A DNA stretch of 64,000 bases from a virus (taxonomy: Duplodnaviria > Heunggongvirae > Uroviricota > Caudoviricetes), in IMG/VR virus record IMGVR_UViG_3300028394_000043. One strand, 5' to 3'. A program made the translations under genes and the position numbers. Shown here piece by piece: positions 28,494 through 39,303 of the stretch; the stretch's first letter is position 1; each line of letters opens with the position of its first letter. A model generated the notes under the pieces. That model did not search any database. It saw only the letters and a program-made list of their open reading frames with translations, and was not told where the DNA came from.

Positions 28494-31400
28494 GTCGGAA
28501 AATATATTAGTAGAGTTTGATTATAACAACATAACGATTGTTGACCCAAACAAAGTAATTGATGGTCAAGGTAAAATTAAAGACAGATATGTTAATCAGG
28601 AAGATTTAGTAATGTATGCTAATTTGGAATGTAAGGTATTACCGAGAACTAAATTAGCTATTGGTGTTGCCTCAAATGACCAAGTCAGAACAATTTCTGT
28701 TGCGGCAATTAATTTTCTTAATCCGGGTAACAAAGGTGTTTTAAATAATGAATACACTGATGAGATAACCGGAAAAGATAGTTTAGCGGGAAATGGTGTT
28801 AATCAACCAAAATCTGAAAAAATACAAAACCAAAATAAATCTGACGATTATTATATTAGACAAACAATTTTGTCTAATGGAAAACCGGGTTCTATTGATA
28901 ACGGGTTGTTAGGTATTACAAATATTCAAATTAGACAAGGTTTAGATTTCTTACCGACCATTACTATGGAGTTGGAAGATATTAAAGGTAGAGCGATGTT
29001 TGAGGCGGGTAATAATTCTCCTTACGCGGCATTTTTTAATTTACCGTATCCATTATTTCATTTAACAATTAAAGGTTACTATGGTAAGGCTGTAAAAATG
29101 GCTTTAATGTTATACAATTTCACATCTAGATATGATACTTCAAGTGGTAATTTTAAAATAAGTTTAGTTTTTTATACCTACAAATATACCGTATTAAATG
29201 AAGTTTTAATGGGGTATTTGAAGGCGGTTCCTTATATGTACACTTCAAGAGTTAAAATACAACCTGTTAAAGGTGGTCCTGCAAATTTTCAAACTCAAGA
29301 TAATGTTGCTGTTGAATTAGGGTATCAAAAAGTTAAAGAAATGTATAGTGAGTATAAATCTAAAGGTTTAATACCTGATGACTTTCCTGAGATTACCGTT
29401 GCTCAATTAAAGGATAAATTAGATGTTTTTGTTAAAGATATTTTAGATAAATTTACTAAACAAAATATGGACCCGTTAACAGATGTTGACACATATTCAT
29501 CAACTTTAAATGAGTATACTAAGAGAGTGTATTATACTCAAGATTCAACTGACCCTTCTTGGTATAACAAATATATGGATACCGAAGACTTTTTTGTTTT
29601 GAAAGATGGTACAAAGGTTTACACATTTAAAAAAGAATATAAAGATAAACCAAACGCTAGAAACAATGCTCCAAGTGAGTTAGAAGGTATTATTAAAAAA
29701 TTTAATGATGAGTTAAATAAAAATAAGACCGTTGGTAAAGATGGTTCATATAAGATTGATAATAAAACAGACAAGCCGAGAATACCTATTAACATAACTT
29801 TAGACACTTTTAAATATAAATTAAGTCAAGGGGACATTGATTATGGGGAAAGTTATAGACAAAGAAAAAAAATATCACAAGCTAGTGAAGAGGAAATAAA
29901 GGCTTTTGAAAAGGAATTAATTAATCAAGGTATTTTTAATAGTTTGGATATTGTTCAGAAAGACGGTAAGAAACAACAAGTGTTTAATTATTTTATTTTT
30001 CAAGGTGGACCAAAAACATTTATTGGTTTAACTGATGAAATGTATAAATCATTGGAGTCTTTTAGACAAAAAATTCAAGATGATTTAACAAATGCGTTAT
30101 CTAAACTTTTGTTAGATAAGGGTAAGAATGGTATTGGTTTTGTTCCTAATATTAGAAATGTACTTGCGGTGATTTTTGCAAATGGTGAGGCATTTCTAAG
30201 GTTAATGGATGATATTCACACAAAAGCTTGGGACAAAAGAGATTCGGTAATTAGAAAAGACGCTATTTTTGATAACACAACTAAAAGTGCTAGTCAAGAA
30301 CCAAGAGAAAATGAGACAGACCCTGTTTATCCTTGGCCTCAATTTATTGTTGCAACAAGTGGTGAAGATGGTCACGGAAAATATGAAATAAAATATCCGG
30401 GAGATTATACGGTATTGAGTAAAACAAAAGGGTACCTTTATGATGTTTGGCCTGAAGTAGAATTTGTTGAGGAATTTATTAAAGGATTTACATTAAAAGA
30501 AAAGGAAGATGAAAACCCTAATAAAACATTTAATGAATTGGTTAATATTCAAAGAGTGTCTGTTAACGCCATTGAGTTCCCTGTTAGTAATGTTGTTTAT
30601 AATAACAAAGAAGAAGTTAAATTCTTTTATGAAATTTTTGAAAGATTATATTTGACCTCAAACTATTCTAGATTATTTAGAGGTACTGCGTCTACTTATG
30701 ATGCGGGTATTTTAACAGATGTTATTTCAGAAACTGAAAGTTTGAATATCATCAATAGTTTAACAAATCAAAACCCGTTTATAATACAAAAATTAAAACA
30801 ATTTGGGTTTAATGGACAGAATTTTGATATTGTTTTAAGACATATGTCAAATGATGGTAATGGAGAAAGTTGGCAAAATTTTATACGAGGTATCTTTAAT
30901 ACGGGGTATATAAAAAATTCGGTTAATAACTCAAGTTTTCAATTTATAAATGAAAGTATTGTTACATCTCCTGCAGGTAATCCAATATCATCATTGAAAA
31001 ATGAAGATAAATTGGTTGAATATGTTAAAGGTAGTGATAACACTAATAATTTTGATTTATTAGATATATACCCATTTACAAGATTAAGTTGGGATAAATC
31101 ACATTTGGCAAACGGTGATTCAATCTCAGATGCTCCGACATCGTTTAGTACCAAAAATGTTATAACCTATGATACATCTTCTAAAGTAATTAGTAATTTC
31201 TTAGGTGATACCGGTGTTAATAGTATTAAACCTTTTACAAATTTTGCGACTAAAAATGTTGTGTCACCAATTGGTTATGAAAATAATTTAAAAACGTTCT
31301 ATTCAGAAAGAACTAACGAAAAACAATTACCAACAGAAGGTAATCTTAGATATTTTAATTACAGTGGATTAGTTAGTAGTGACCAAACGGTTTCAATGTT

Positions 31401-34400
31401 AAACACACCATATTTTGTAAATTCAATTCAAGAAGGTGTTAAAAAGTACAGAAATTACGATAATTATCCTTATGTTTCTTCGGCTTATTTATTTATCAAT
31501 AGTTTACCTTTATCAACGTTAAAAGAAAAATATAAAACGTACACTGGTAATGAGTCATCGTATTCGGTTAAAGATTTAGATTATATTTTTGCGACATTAA
31601 AGAAATTTGGTGCGATTCACAAAATACCTTACGCTTGGTTATTAAAAATAGGTTCTGTTTGGCATCGTTATAAAACATATGTAGAAACAGGTAACGATAT
31701 TTTAAATGAATCTTGGTCAGGTTTTAGTTATGTTAAAAATTATGACCCGGTAACTAATTCAGCTCAAAGAGTTTATCCATTAACAATTGATGGTGCTCAA
31801 ATAGATGTTGTATTAGAAAAAGACACAATATTAGGTTTAGAGACCTCAACATTAATTAACACAGGTTTTTACCCTAAAGTGATAAATGACTTTAACGTTT
31901 TTTATCAAGGGTTTGAGATTTATTCCGGGTATACTGATACTGATATACAATTAGGGTTTAATTCTGGTGTTACTATGAATTATGTTCCTGAGGCGATTAT
32001 AAATTTAACTGAAGGTTTTGACCCAAATAGTTTAAAAAGAGATTTAAGGGTGATTCCTTGGACTATTCACGTTAATACGTCAGATAAATTATATTCATAT
32101 ATCTTTCCATCTCAGGGGTCATTTATTAATCAAACGTTAAATGAATGTTTTTCAGGTTCTGGAGCAAACACTAAATTAGTTTATGAGGTTAAGGGTAATT
32201 CAGCAATGTATAATGGTTCCGTTAGATTACTTTGGACGGCACCAAATTATGGTTACTTTGATAATAGTAAAATAACTAAATCAACCCCTACACAATATTT
32301 AAAACAAGTATTTTCAGGTGATAGTGACCAAGAGAATTTCTCAATAAATGGTAAGTCAAATGAATATAGTGATATTAGTGAGATGTTTTCAGTATTTGAA
32401 AAATCCGTGTTAGATTTATTTGAAACGGAGTTTTTAAATTTTTCAAAATCGGCTTATGATTATAATTCGGAGGACGACAATGTAAATTCACTACCTTCTG
32501 ATAAATCTTTTAAAAATTTCCAACTTTTATTTAGAGAGTTGATGAAAGTTCCGGTAATTAATGGTACCACAAATACTAATATGGTTAACGACGCTCAACA
32601 AAAACAATTAGTTGGGTTTACGGATAAGATTAATAGTTTCTTGAATTATAATGTGGTGTTTAAATATGGTAACCCGTCAAATTTTGATAAAAGATTATTT
32701 TATACCTTTTCTAATTTACCGATAACCGACCCGTATACTTGGAAAAATTATACAATATCAACACCTAACGCTTTACCTCCACAGACTACATTAGTTGCGT
32801 CCCAAATCGCAAGACCAAATGTTTGGAACACATTAAGATTATATGTTGGGTTTTCAGATATACCGGAATTACAATATAAAAATAGTGGTTCGTATATTAC
32901 AGACTTTTTTATTGATTTGAATATTGCATTTACTGTTGATAACGTGATTCAGTTTGCTCCAATTATTAAAATTTATGCGACTCAAAAATTAAAAGACAAT
33001 ACATTAAACTTAAACAAATTTTACGCGTTGATGAATAATTATTTAGCGTCAATGGATAAGTTTAGAAGTGATACAATTACTAATTTAATGATTGTTCTTA
33101 GAAATCAATTGCCTAATGTTAATAATTCACCTGAAGCTATTATTAATAGTAGATTAGCTGGTGACCAAACAAAAGTTGAACATTGGGAAACATTCAAAGC
33201 GTTGAACGATAAATGGATTGCCGGTGGTGATTTTAAAACTAAAACATTATTTGAAGACGTTTTATTATTAGATAGAGCGAGTAGAAATATTGGGGAAAAA
33301 ATTTTTGTTGATATTTTAACTTTAAACGATAGGTTAACAAAAATTAACGATAAAACATCTATGTATACTTTTATCGCAACCATTTTAACGGAGAACAATT
33401 TTCAGATTATGAACTTACCTTCATATGTTAACTTTTACAATGTTCAAGACGTGTCTAAAAATCCAACACCAAGAGCGGAGGGTACTTTAGAATTTGCAAA
33501 CACATTATTTGGTAATTTTATGAATGTTGATTATAGAGAATCTTCACCAAAGTTGGTTTGTTTTTATGCGGGTAAAACTAGTGAACAATTGGCCATTAAA
33601 AATAATGTAGATTATAGGTTTAGAGATGACGCGTTTGATTTAACAAGACAAGGTGATAACCCATTGTTTGAAAATCAAATGGGTAAAAAAGATTGGGATA
33701 AATCAAATAAGGTAGTTGGGTTTAATGTAGATATTGGTCCTCAAAATCAGTCTATGTTCCATTCATTTCAGGTGGCTCAAAACCCTGGTTTAGCGACAAT
33801 GGAATCATTGGCGGTTGAGACTCAAATGTCTAACTTATATAATGGTACCGGAGGTGCAACTCAAAATATTTCATTGTATAACTTATATAAAAATAGAAGT
33901 TATAGTTGTACTATATTTATGATGGGTAACGCTATGATACAACCAACAATGTATTTTAACTTACGACACGTACCGATGTTTAGTGGGCCTTATATGATTC
34001 AAAAGGTTAATCATACCATTAGTCCGGGACAATTTGAAACAATTATTGAGGGGATAAGACAACCAACGGCTGAGTTACCTAAAATTGAGAATTATATTCA
34101 AGTTCTTAAACAAACTTTGTTAAAATCTATTATACAAAAAGTAAAACAAGAAAAGGATGCTAAAGACGCTGCAAAAAAGAATGTATTATCTGAAAAGGCT
34201 CAAAACTACGATTCTCAAAAAGGAAATGCAAAACTTAAGGTAAATAATCAACCTAAATGTACACCTGAAAGTAAGTATAGTACTTTCCAACCAATTGAGA
34301 ATCCTAAGAAAACTCGTGTTAGTTTTTCAGATGTTGCCACATCAATAAGGTATTCAGCATCTAAGAATGCTGCATTAGAGTATACTATTTTTGCGACATT

Positions 34401-35259
34401 ATATATTGCATCGGCAAATGGAAATGAATTAATATCATATGATAACAATTACTCAAATACAACTATAGACCAATATTGGGGTGAAACATTCTCTCGTAGA
34501 TGGTTTAGTGAAAAACAATATTTCTGTGCCTCATCAAATAGTGATAAATCAGATAGACCTTATGTGGGTTATAACAGTATGGCGGAATGTGTTGCTATGT
34601 TGGCTGACAGATGGTTACCTAAAATAGGTTTAATTAAAAATCTTGATACACCTGATGATATTGCTAAATTTTGGATATTATATAATAATACAAATGAAAA
34701 ACGAGAGGATAATGTCTATACATCATATGATGCGACGGAATTACAAAATTTAAAAGATAAAATTGAGGAATCGTTTAAAATATTTAATCCAACAAAACGA
34801 AATGTTACAAATACGCAACCTCAGGTTACAAGTTCAAGACCGGCAGTAAATGTTACGCCAACACCTACACATACACCTAACCCTTCACCAACACCTACAC
34901 CACAACCACAACCACCAACACCTACGTTACCACCGGATATTAAAATAGTTAATTTAGGGTTATCGGCAACTCTTGTAGGTAATGACTATAGTTATAGTAA
35001 TATCCTTCAATCTAATGGTCAATATCTTGTTTTAAGAATTGTGGACCCTAATTTTGAGTTTACTAAATTAGGTCTTAAAGGTTTTTATAATTCTAATAAT
35101 GAATCCGTACCATATGGTTGTGATGGAGGTTCAGGACCTTTAACTTGTACAGTAAATGGTAAATTACCGGGAACATATGTTATGAAACTGGAGTATTATC
35201 CATTTAAACCTAATAGTTATCAAATGTTTGAATTAGTTAGTCCACCATTTACTCAGTAA
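28483..35259 (+). CDS. Giant baseplate hub protein (gp27/VgrG-like) with C-terminal extensions
   Basis: N-terminal LGITNIQI...ITMELEDIKGR and C-terminal hub signature CTIFMMGNAMIQPTMYFNL..VPMFSGPYMIQKVNHTI...FETIIEGIR. These are followed by a lysozyme-like segment, a PT linker and a small terminal domain. Confidence 0.7.
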   Translation: MVDKSENILVEFDYNNITIVDPNKVIDGQGKIKDRYVNQEDLVMYANLECKVLPRTKLAIGVASNDQVRTISVAAINFLNPGNKGVLNNEYTDEITGKDSLAGNGVNQPKSEKIQNQNKSDDYYIRQTILSNGKPGSIDNGLLGITNIQIRQGLDFLPTITMELEDIKGRAMFEAGNNSPYAAFFNLPYPLFHLTIKGYYGKAVKMALMLYNFTSRYDTSSGNFKISLVFYTYKYTVLNEVLMGYLKAVPYMYTSRVKIQPVKGGPANFQTQDNVAVELGYQKVKEMYSEYKSKGLIPDDFPEITVAQLKDKLDVFVKDILDKFTKQNMDPLTDVDTYSSTLNEYTKRVYYTQDSTDPSWYNKYMDTEDFFVLKDGTKVYTFKKEYKDKPNARNNAPSELEGIIKKFNDELNKNKTVGKDGSYKIDNKTDKPRIPINITLDTFKYKLSQGDIDYGESYRQRKKISQASEEEIKAFEKELINQGIFNSLDIVQKDGKKQQVFNYFIFQGGPKTFIGLTDEMYKSLESFRQKIQDDLTNALSKLLLDKGKNGIGFVPNIRNVLAVIFANGEAFLRLMDDIHTKAWDKRDSVIRKDAIFDNTTKSASQEPRENETDPVYPWPQFIVATSGEDGHGKYEIKYPGDYTVLSKTKGYLYDVWPEVEFVEEFIKGFTLKEKEDENPNKTFNELVNIQRVSVNAIEFPVSNVVYNNKEEVKFFYEIFERLYLTSNYSRLFRGTASTYDAGILTDVISETESLNIINSLTNQNPFIIQKLKQFGFNGQNFDIVLRHMSNDGNGESWQNFIRGIFNTGYIKNSVNNSSFQFINESIVTSPAGNPISSLKNEDKLVEYVKGSDNTNNFDLLDIYPFTRLSWDKSHLANGDSISDAPTSFSTKNVITYDTSSKVISNFLGDTGVNSIKPFTNFATKNVVSPIGYENNLKTFYSERTNEKQLPTEGNLRYFNYSGLVSSDQTVSMLNTPYFVNSIQEGVKKYRNYDNYPYVSSAYLFINSLPLSTLKEKYKTYTGNESSYSVKDLDYIFATLKKFGAIHKIPYAWLLKIGSVWHRYKTYVETGNDILNESWSGFSYVKNYDPVTNSAQRVYPLTIDGAQIDVVLEKDTILGLETSTLINTGFYPKVINDFNVFYQGFEIYSGYTDTDIQLGFNSGVTMNYVPEAIINLTEGFDPNSLKRDLRVIPWTIHVNTSDKLYSYIFPSQGSFINQTLNECFSGSGANTKLVYEVKGNSAMYNGSVRLLWTAPNYGYFDNSKITKSTPTQYLKQVFSGDSDQENFSINGKSNEYSDISEMFSVFEKSVLDLFETEFLNFSKSAYDYNSEDDNVNSLPSDKSFKNFQLLFRELMKVPVINGTTNTNMVNDAQQKQLVGFTDKINSFLNYNVVFKYGNPSNFDKRLFYTFSNLPITDPYTWKNYTISTPNALPPQTTLVASQIARPNVWNTLRLYVGFSDIPELQYKNSGSYITDFFIDLNIAFTVDNVIQFAPIIKIYATQKLKDNTLNLNKFYALMNNYLASMDKFRSDTITNLMIVLRNQLPNVNNSPEAIINSRLAGDQTKVEHWETFKALNDKWIAGGDFKTKTLFEDVLLLDRASRNIGEKIFVDILTLNDRLTKINDKTSMYTFIATILTENNFQIMNLPSYVNFYNVQDVSKNPTPRAEGTLEFANTLFGNFMNVDYRESSPKLVCFYAGKTSEQLAIKNNVDYRFRDDAFDLTRQGDNPLFENQMGKKDWDKSNKVVGFNVDIGPQNQSMFHSFQVAQNPGLATMESLAVETQMSNLYNGTGGATQNISLYNLYKNRSYSCTIFMMGNAMIQPTMYFNLRHVPMFSGPYMIQKVNHTISPGQFETIIEGIRQPTAELPKIENYIQVLKQTLLKSIIQKVKQEKDAKDAAKKNVLSEKAQNYDSQKGNAKLKVNNQPKCTPESKYSTFQPIENPKKTRVSFSDVATSIRYSASKNAALEYTIFATLYIASANGNELISYDNNYSNTTIDQYWGETFSRRWFSEKQYFCASSNSDKSDRPYVGYNSMAECVAMLADRWLPKIGLIKNLDTPDDIAKFWILYNNTNEKREDNVYTSYDATELQNLKDKIEESFKIFNPTKRNVTNTQPQVTSSRPAVNVTPTPTHTPNPSPTPTPQPQPPTPTLPPDIKIVNLGLSATLVGNDYSYSNILQSNGQYLVLRIVDPNFEFTKLGLKGFYNSNNESVPYGCDGGSGPLTCTVNGKLPGTYVMKLEYYPFKPNSYQMFELVSPPFTQ

Positions 35260-35277
35260 CATTTACAAATAAACAGA

Positions 35278-35285
35278 TATTTATA
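35278..35285 (+). promoter_or_regulatory. TATTTATA late-promoter-like motif
   Basis: 11 nt upstream of the ATG at 35297. Confidence 0.6.
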
Positions 35286-35296
35286 TATAAAAGATT

Positions 35297-35521
35297 ATGA
35301 ACACAAAATTAATATTAGACAATTATTTAGGTAAAACCACAAGAAGCTCAGAGAAAGATTTGGGTAATGGTTCTAAACAAGTATGTGATTTAGATACGGG
35401 AGATTGTTATACTATCAGAATGAAAGATGGTTTAATAGAACGCGTGGATAACACAATGAATACAAATAAAAAAATCCAAGTTGAAACATTAACAGGTGTA
35501 AAACAATTATTAAACGGATAA
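35297..35521 (+). CDS. Small hypothetical protein (74 aa)
   Basis: ORF with an upstream late motif, abutting the next gene. No family recognised. Confidence 0.75.
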   Translation: MNTKLILDNYLGKTTRSSEKDLGNGSKQVCDLDTGDCYTIRMKDGLIERVDNTMNTNKKIQVETLTGVKQLLNG

Positions 35522-35522
35522 A

Positions 35523-36212
35523 ATGAGAAAAATAGATAATAGAATCGTTGAAGAAATTGCTAGATATAATTCTATCAATCAATATATTGTTGAACAAGAT
35601 GCAACATTACCACCACCACCGGCGGAAGACCCTAACGCTTTGCCACCGGCAGACCCAAACGCAGCTCTTCCTCCTGCTGACCCTAATGTGGTGCCACCAG
35701 CACCGGCAGCTCCTGAAGGGCCTCAACCTGTTGACGTTGATAACGACCCTGATGTAGAGAAAGTAGATAATAACGGTAAAGTTCCTGAACAAAAAGGTGG
35801 AACAGAAGAAATTGATGTTACTGATTTAGTAACGTCTCAGAAAAAAGTTGAAGAAAAACAAGAAGAATATTTTAATAACTTATTTCAACACTTAACTGAT
35901 TTAGAATCTAAATTAGGTGAGATGGACGGTCTTATGACTAAATTAAATGATATTGAAGCTAAAGTCGAGAGATATAGAGATAAAACACCTCAAGAAAAAT
36001 TAGAACTAAGAAGTTTAGATTCAGGACCATTTAATCAAAAATTATCAGATTTCTTTGAAGACAAAGAAGAAGATATGGAAAAGTCCGGAAAAAATGAGTA
36101 TATTTTAACTCAAGACGAAGTGGAAGATTTTTCACCAAACGAGATTAAAAAAACATTTAGAAATTTTGAAGACTCAATCCCGTCAAAAGGAGGATTCCAA
36201 AAAATATCGTAA
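35523..36212 (+). CDS. Acidic Pro-rich coiled-coil hypothetical protein, possibly head-internal
   Basis: 229 aa with degenerate PPADPNA repeats, a coiled-coil middle and the N-terminus RIVEEIARYNSINQYIVEQ. Confidence 0.75.
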   Translation: MRKIDNRIVEEIARYNSINQYIVEQDATLPPPPAEDPNALPPADPNAALPPADPNVVPPAPAAPEGPQPVDVDNDPDVEKVDNNGKVPEQKGGTEEIDVTDLVTSQKKVEEKQEEYFNNLFQHLTDLESKLGEMDGLMTKLNDIEAKVERYRDKTPQEKLELRSLDSGPFNQKLSDFFEDKEEDMEKSGKNEYILTQDEVEDFSPNEIKKTFRNFEDSIPSKGGFQKIS

Positions 36213-36215
36213 ATT

Positions 36216-36240
36216 AAAAGGGTCTTCGGGCCCTTTTTTT
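36216..36240 (+). terminator. Intrinsic terminator with C(UUCG)G tetraloop
   Basis: AAAAGGGTC-TTCG-GGCCCTTTT plus a T run. Confidence 0.9.
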
Positions 36241-36250
36241 TACAAAACAA

Positions 36251-36280
36251 TTTGACAAACACACGGCTGACACTTATACT
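36251..36280 (+). promoter_or_regulatory. Near-consensus sigma70-type promoter of the replication cassette
   Basis: TTGACA (36252-36257)-N17-TATACT (36275-36280), 29 nt upstream of ssb. Confidence 0.85.
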
Positions 36281-36309
36281 TTTATAAACCTTTAAATATT
36301 TTAAACACT

Positions 36310-37164
36310 ATGGCGACAAATTCATTAGACGCAGTTTTGGCTCAATACGAGAAAGCAAAACAAGGTAGCTCTTCTTCTACCTCAAAATTCACACAAGAAG
36401 AAAGAATGAAAAAATACTTCGCGGCAATCCTTCAAGATAAGGAAACTCAAGGCCAAAGAAGATTAAGAATCTTACCAACTACAGATGGTTCTTCACCATT
36501 TAAAGAAGTTTGGTACCACGAGATTCAAGTTGATGGAAAATTCCAAAAATTTTATGACCCGGGAAAAAATGACAATGAACGTTCACCTTTAACTGAGGTT
36601 TACGAAGAATTACGTTCAACAGGTAAAGAAGAAGATAAAAAATTAGCTTCAAATTACTTGGCACGTAAATTTTACATTGTTAAAGTTATTGATAGAGATA
36701 ACGAAGAAGATGGTGTTAAATTTTGGAGATTCAAATCTAACTACAAAAATGAAGGTATCTATGACAAAATCATTCCTATCTACAGAAACAAAGGAGATAT
36801 TGCTGACCCTGAAAAAGGTAGAGACCTTATCCTTGAATTAACTAAAGCTAAAACTCCAAAAGGGGCTTACTACACAGTAATTCAAACAGTTATGTATGAC
36901 GATGCTGGTCCTATTCACGAGAATAAAACAACATCTGAAAGTTGGATTAACGATGAGTTGACTTGGGAAGATGTTTACTCTAAAAAACCGGTTGAATACT
37001 TAGAAGCTATTGCAAGAGGTGAAACTCCAAAATGGAACTCTGATAAAGGTGGTTATGATTATGGTAACTCTGATGAGTCTGAAGTATCATTTGGTGGTTC
37101 TAAACCATCGGCTCCGATTGACCCACAAGCGGGAGATGAAGAGGATGATGATATGCCGTTCTAA
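36310..37164 (+). CDS. ssb: Single-stranded DNA-binding protein (T4 gp32-like)
   Basis: RLRILP...PFKEVWYH, KFYIVKVIDR, GVKFWRF, KGRDLILE and an acidic C-terminal tail ending DEEDDDMPF. Confidence 0.88.
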   Translation: MATNSLDAVLAQYEKAKQGSSSSTSKFTQEERMKKYFAAILQDKETQGQRRLRILPTTDGSSPFKEVWYHEIQVDGKFQKFYDPGKNDNERSPLTEVYEELRSTGKEEDKKLASNYLARKFYIVKVIDRDNEEDGVKFWRFKSNYKNEGIYDKIIPIYRNKGDIADPEKGRDLILELTKAKTPKGAYYTVIQTVMYDDAGPIHENKTTSESWINDELTWEDVYSKKPVEYLEAIARGETPKWNSDKGGYDYGNSDESEVSFGGSKPSAPIDPQAGDEEDDDMPF

Positions 37165-37185
37165 TCAAACAAAACTTATATTACT

Positions 37186-37222
37186 TAACATAGACACGAA
37201 CATAGACATCGTGTCTATGTTA
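37186..37222. repeat. 14-bp perfect inverted repeat whose 9-nt spacer repeats part of the left arm
   Basis: TAACATAGACACGA-ACATAGACA-TCGTGTCTATGTTA. AACATAGACA occurs at 37187 and 37199, and its complement at 37212. Confidence 0.95.
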
Positions 37223-37260
37223 TCTAATAAAACCACTAAAAATTAAATTAACATATATAT

Positions 37261-38268
37261 ATGGCAATTAAAAAACACGATTTTAAGTCCATTAAGGACA
37301 AATTCTCAACATCGGCAAAATATAAGCCACAAAGTTTTTTTGACTTAGGTCCTGACTTTTTGGATGCTGTTGGATTACCTGGTCCGGCTATAGGACACTT
37401 AAATATGTTCTTGGGTCATTCAGACACAGGAAAAACAACAGCTTTGGTAAAAACTGCTATTGATGCTCAGAAAAAAGGTATTTTACCGGTATTCATAATT
37501 ACTGAACAGAAATGGTCGTTTGAACACGCTAAATTAATGGGTTTTCAATGTGAGGAAGTTGTTGATGAAGAAACCGGAGAATTAGATTGGGATGGATTTT
37601 ACATATTCAATAATAATTTTAATTATATTGAGGAAATTACGGATTATATTAATTCATTATTAGATGCTCAAGAAAAAGGTGAGTTAGATTATAGTTTATG
37701 TATTATGTGGGATTCTGTTGGTTCAGTTCCTTGTAAAATGACCTTTGAAGGTAAAGGTGGTAAGATGCACAACGCGTCGGCATTATCGGATAAAATAGGT
37801 ATGGGTATTAATCAAAGAATATCGGGGTCTCGTAAAGCAGATTCAAAATATGAAAATACTTTGATTATTGTAAACCAACCTTGGGTTGAGTTACCTGATA
37901 ATCCATTTGGACAACCTAAAATTATGGCGAAGGGTGGAAATGCTATTTGGTTAAACTCATCTTTAGTGTTTTTATTTGGGAATCAAAAAGGTGCTGGAAC
38001 AAATAAAATAACTGCGACCAAAGATAAGAGAAGTATTAAATTTGCTGTTAGGAGTAAAGTTTCGGTTTTAAAAAATCACATAAATGGGCTTGGTTATGAA
38101 GATGGTAAAATTATAGTAACTCCTCACGGATTTTTAGCCGGTAAAGACTCAACAGAAGAAAAATCAAATATTGAAAAATATAAAAAAGAGTATGCGGATT
38201 ATTGGAAAACAATTATTGGTACTGATGGTGATTTTGATTTAAAAGAAGAAAAAGAAGAAAAAGAGTAG
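37261..38268 (+). CDS. recA: RecA/UvsX-like recombinase
   Basis: Walker A LGHSDTGKTT, Walker B-like IMWDSVGS, LIIVNQ and KGGNAIW. Confidence 0.93.
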   Translation: MAIKKHDFKSIKDKFSTSAKYKPQSFFDLGPDFLDAVGLPGPAIGHLNMFLGHSDTGKTTALVKTAIDAQKKGILPVFIITEQKWSFEHAKLMGFQCEEVVDEETGELDWDGFYIFNNNFNYIEEITDYINSLLDAQEKGELDYSLCIMWDSVGSVPCKMTFEGKGGKMHNASALSDKIGMGINQRISGSRKADSKYENTLIIVNQPWVELPDNPFGQPKIMAKGGNAIWLNSSLVFLFGNQKGAGTNKITATKDKRSIKFAVRSKVSVLKNHINGLGYEDGKIIVTPHGFLAGKDSTEEKSNIEKYKKEYADYWKTIIGTDGDFDLKEEKEEKE

Positions 38269-38290
38269 TAACGAATACAAACAAAAACAA

Positions 38291-39295
38291 GTGACTAAAA
38301 CACTTTTGGTTGACGGAAACAATTTAGTAAAAATTGGATTCCACGGGGTTAAAGATTATTATCACAATGGAAAACACATAGGTGCCTTATGGCACTTTGT
38401 GAATACCATTAGACGATTCATAGACGAACAAAACTTTGATAAGGTTGTTGTTATGTGGGACGGTGATGATAACTCTTCTGCCCGTAAACTTATTTACCCC
38501 CAATACAAAGAACAACGTAGAGACAGAGACAACGAGTATAAGTTAGATTCTTTCACTGAGCAGAAAGAGAGAATCAAACAATACTTAGAGGACTGTTATA
38601 TAAGACAAATCAACGTAGATAATAACGAAGCGGATGATTTGATTGCTTACTACTGCCAAATCTCGGAGAACGAACAAAAGACCATCTATTCGGGGGATAA
38701 AGACCTTACCCAACTTATATCGGATAAGGTATCGGTCTATTATCCAAGAACCAAAGAAACTTATAGTCTTGGAAGTAAAATCAAATGTGATTTTTACGAA
38801 TTCCCACATCAAAACATTAAAACTTATAAGATATTATCGGGAGATAAATCGGACAATATTGATGGGATATATGGGTTGGGTGAAAAGACACTTATTAAGT
38901 TTTTTCCTGAGTTACTTGAAAAACCGGTTTCAATTACCGATATTTTAGAAAAGGCTGAAATTCTACTGAAGGAAAATAAAGATAATAAAACACTACAAAA
39001 TTTGTTATCCGGTAAGACTAAGAGTGGTGTTTATGGTGATGAATATTTTGTTATTAACGAAAAAATCATAAATTTGTCAAATCCTCTAATTAGCGACGAG
39101 GCTAAGGAACTTGTTGAGTTATATTATAGAGAAACTTTGGACCCTGATGGAAGGGGTCATAGAGGTCTTATTAAGATGATGATGGAAGATGGTTTTTTTA
39201 AGTATCTACCAAAAGGAGATGACGCGTGGGTTAATTTTGTTAGACCCTTTTTAAAACTAACAAGAAAAGAAAAAAGAAATTACAAAAACAATTAA
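38291..39295 (+). CDS. 5'-3' exonuclease / flap endonuclease (T4 RNase H-like)
   Basis: LLVDGNNL, VVMWDG, EADDLIAY, YSGDKDLTQL, LSGDKSDNIDGIYGLGEKT. GTG start. Confidence 0.95.
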   Translation: MTKTLLVDGNNLVKIGFHGVKDYYHNGKHIGALWHFVNTIRRFIDEQNFDKVVVMWDGDDNSSARKLIYPQYKEQRRDRDNEYKLDSFTEQKERIKQYLEDCYIRQINVDNNEADDLIAYYCQISENEQKTIYSGDKDLTQLISDKVSVYYPRTKETYSLGSKIKCDFYEFPHQNIKTYKILSGDKSDNIDGIYGLGEKTLIKFFPELLEKPVSITDILEKAEILLKENKDNKTLQNLLSGKTKSGVYGDEYFVINEKIINLSNPLISDEAKELVELYYRETLDPDGRGHRGLIKMMMEDGFFKYLPKGDDAWVNFVRPFLKLTRKEKRNYKNN

Positions 39296-39303
39296 TTAAA
39301 ACT

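Noticed and set aside
35627-35720. PPADPNA peptide repeats as a DNA-level repeat element
   Set aside because: The copies are degenerate at synonymous sites and are explained by a low-complexity protein linker.
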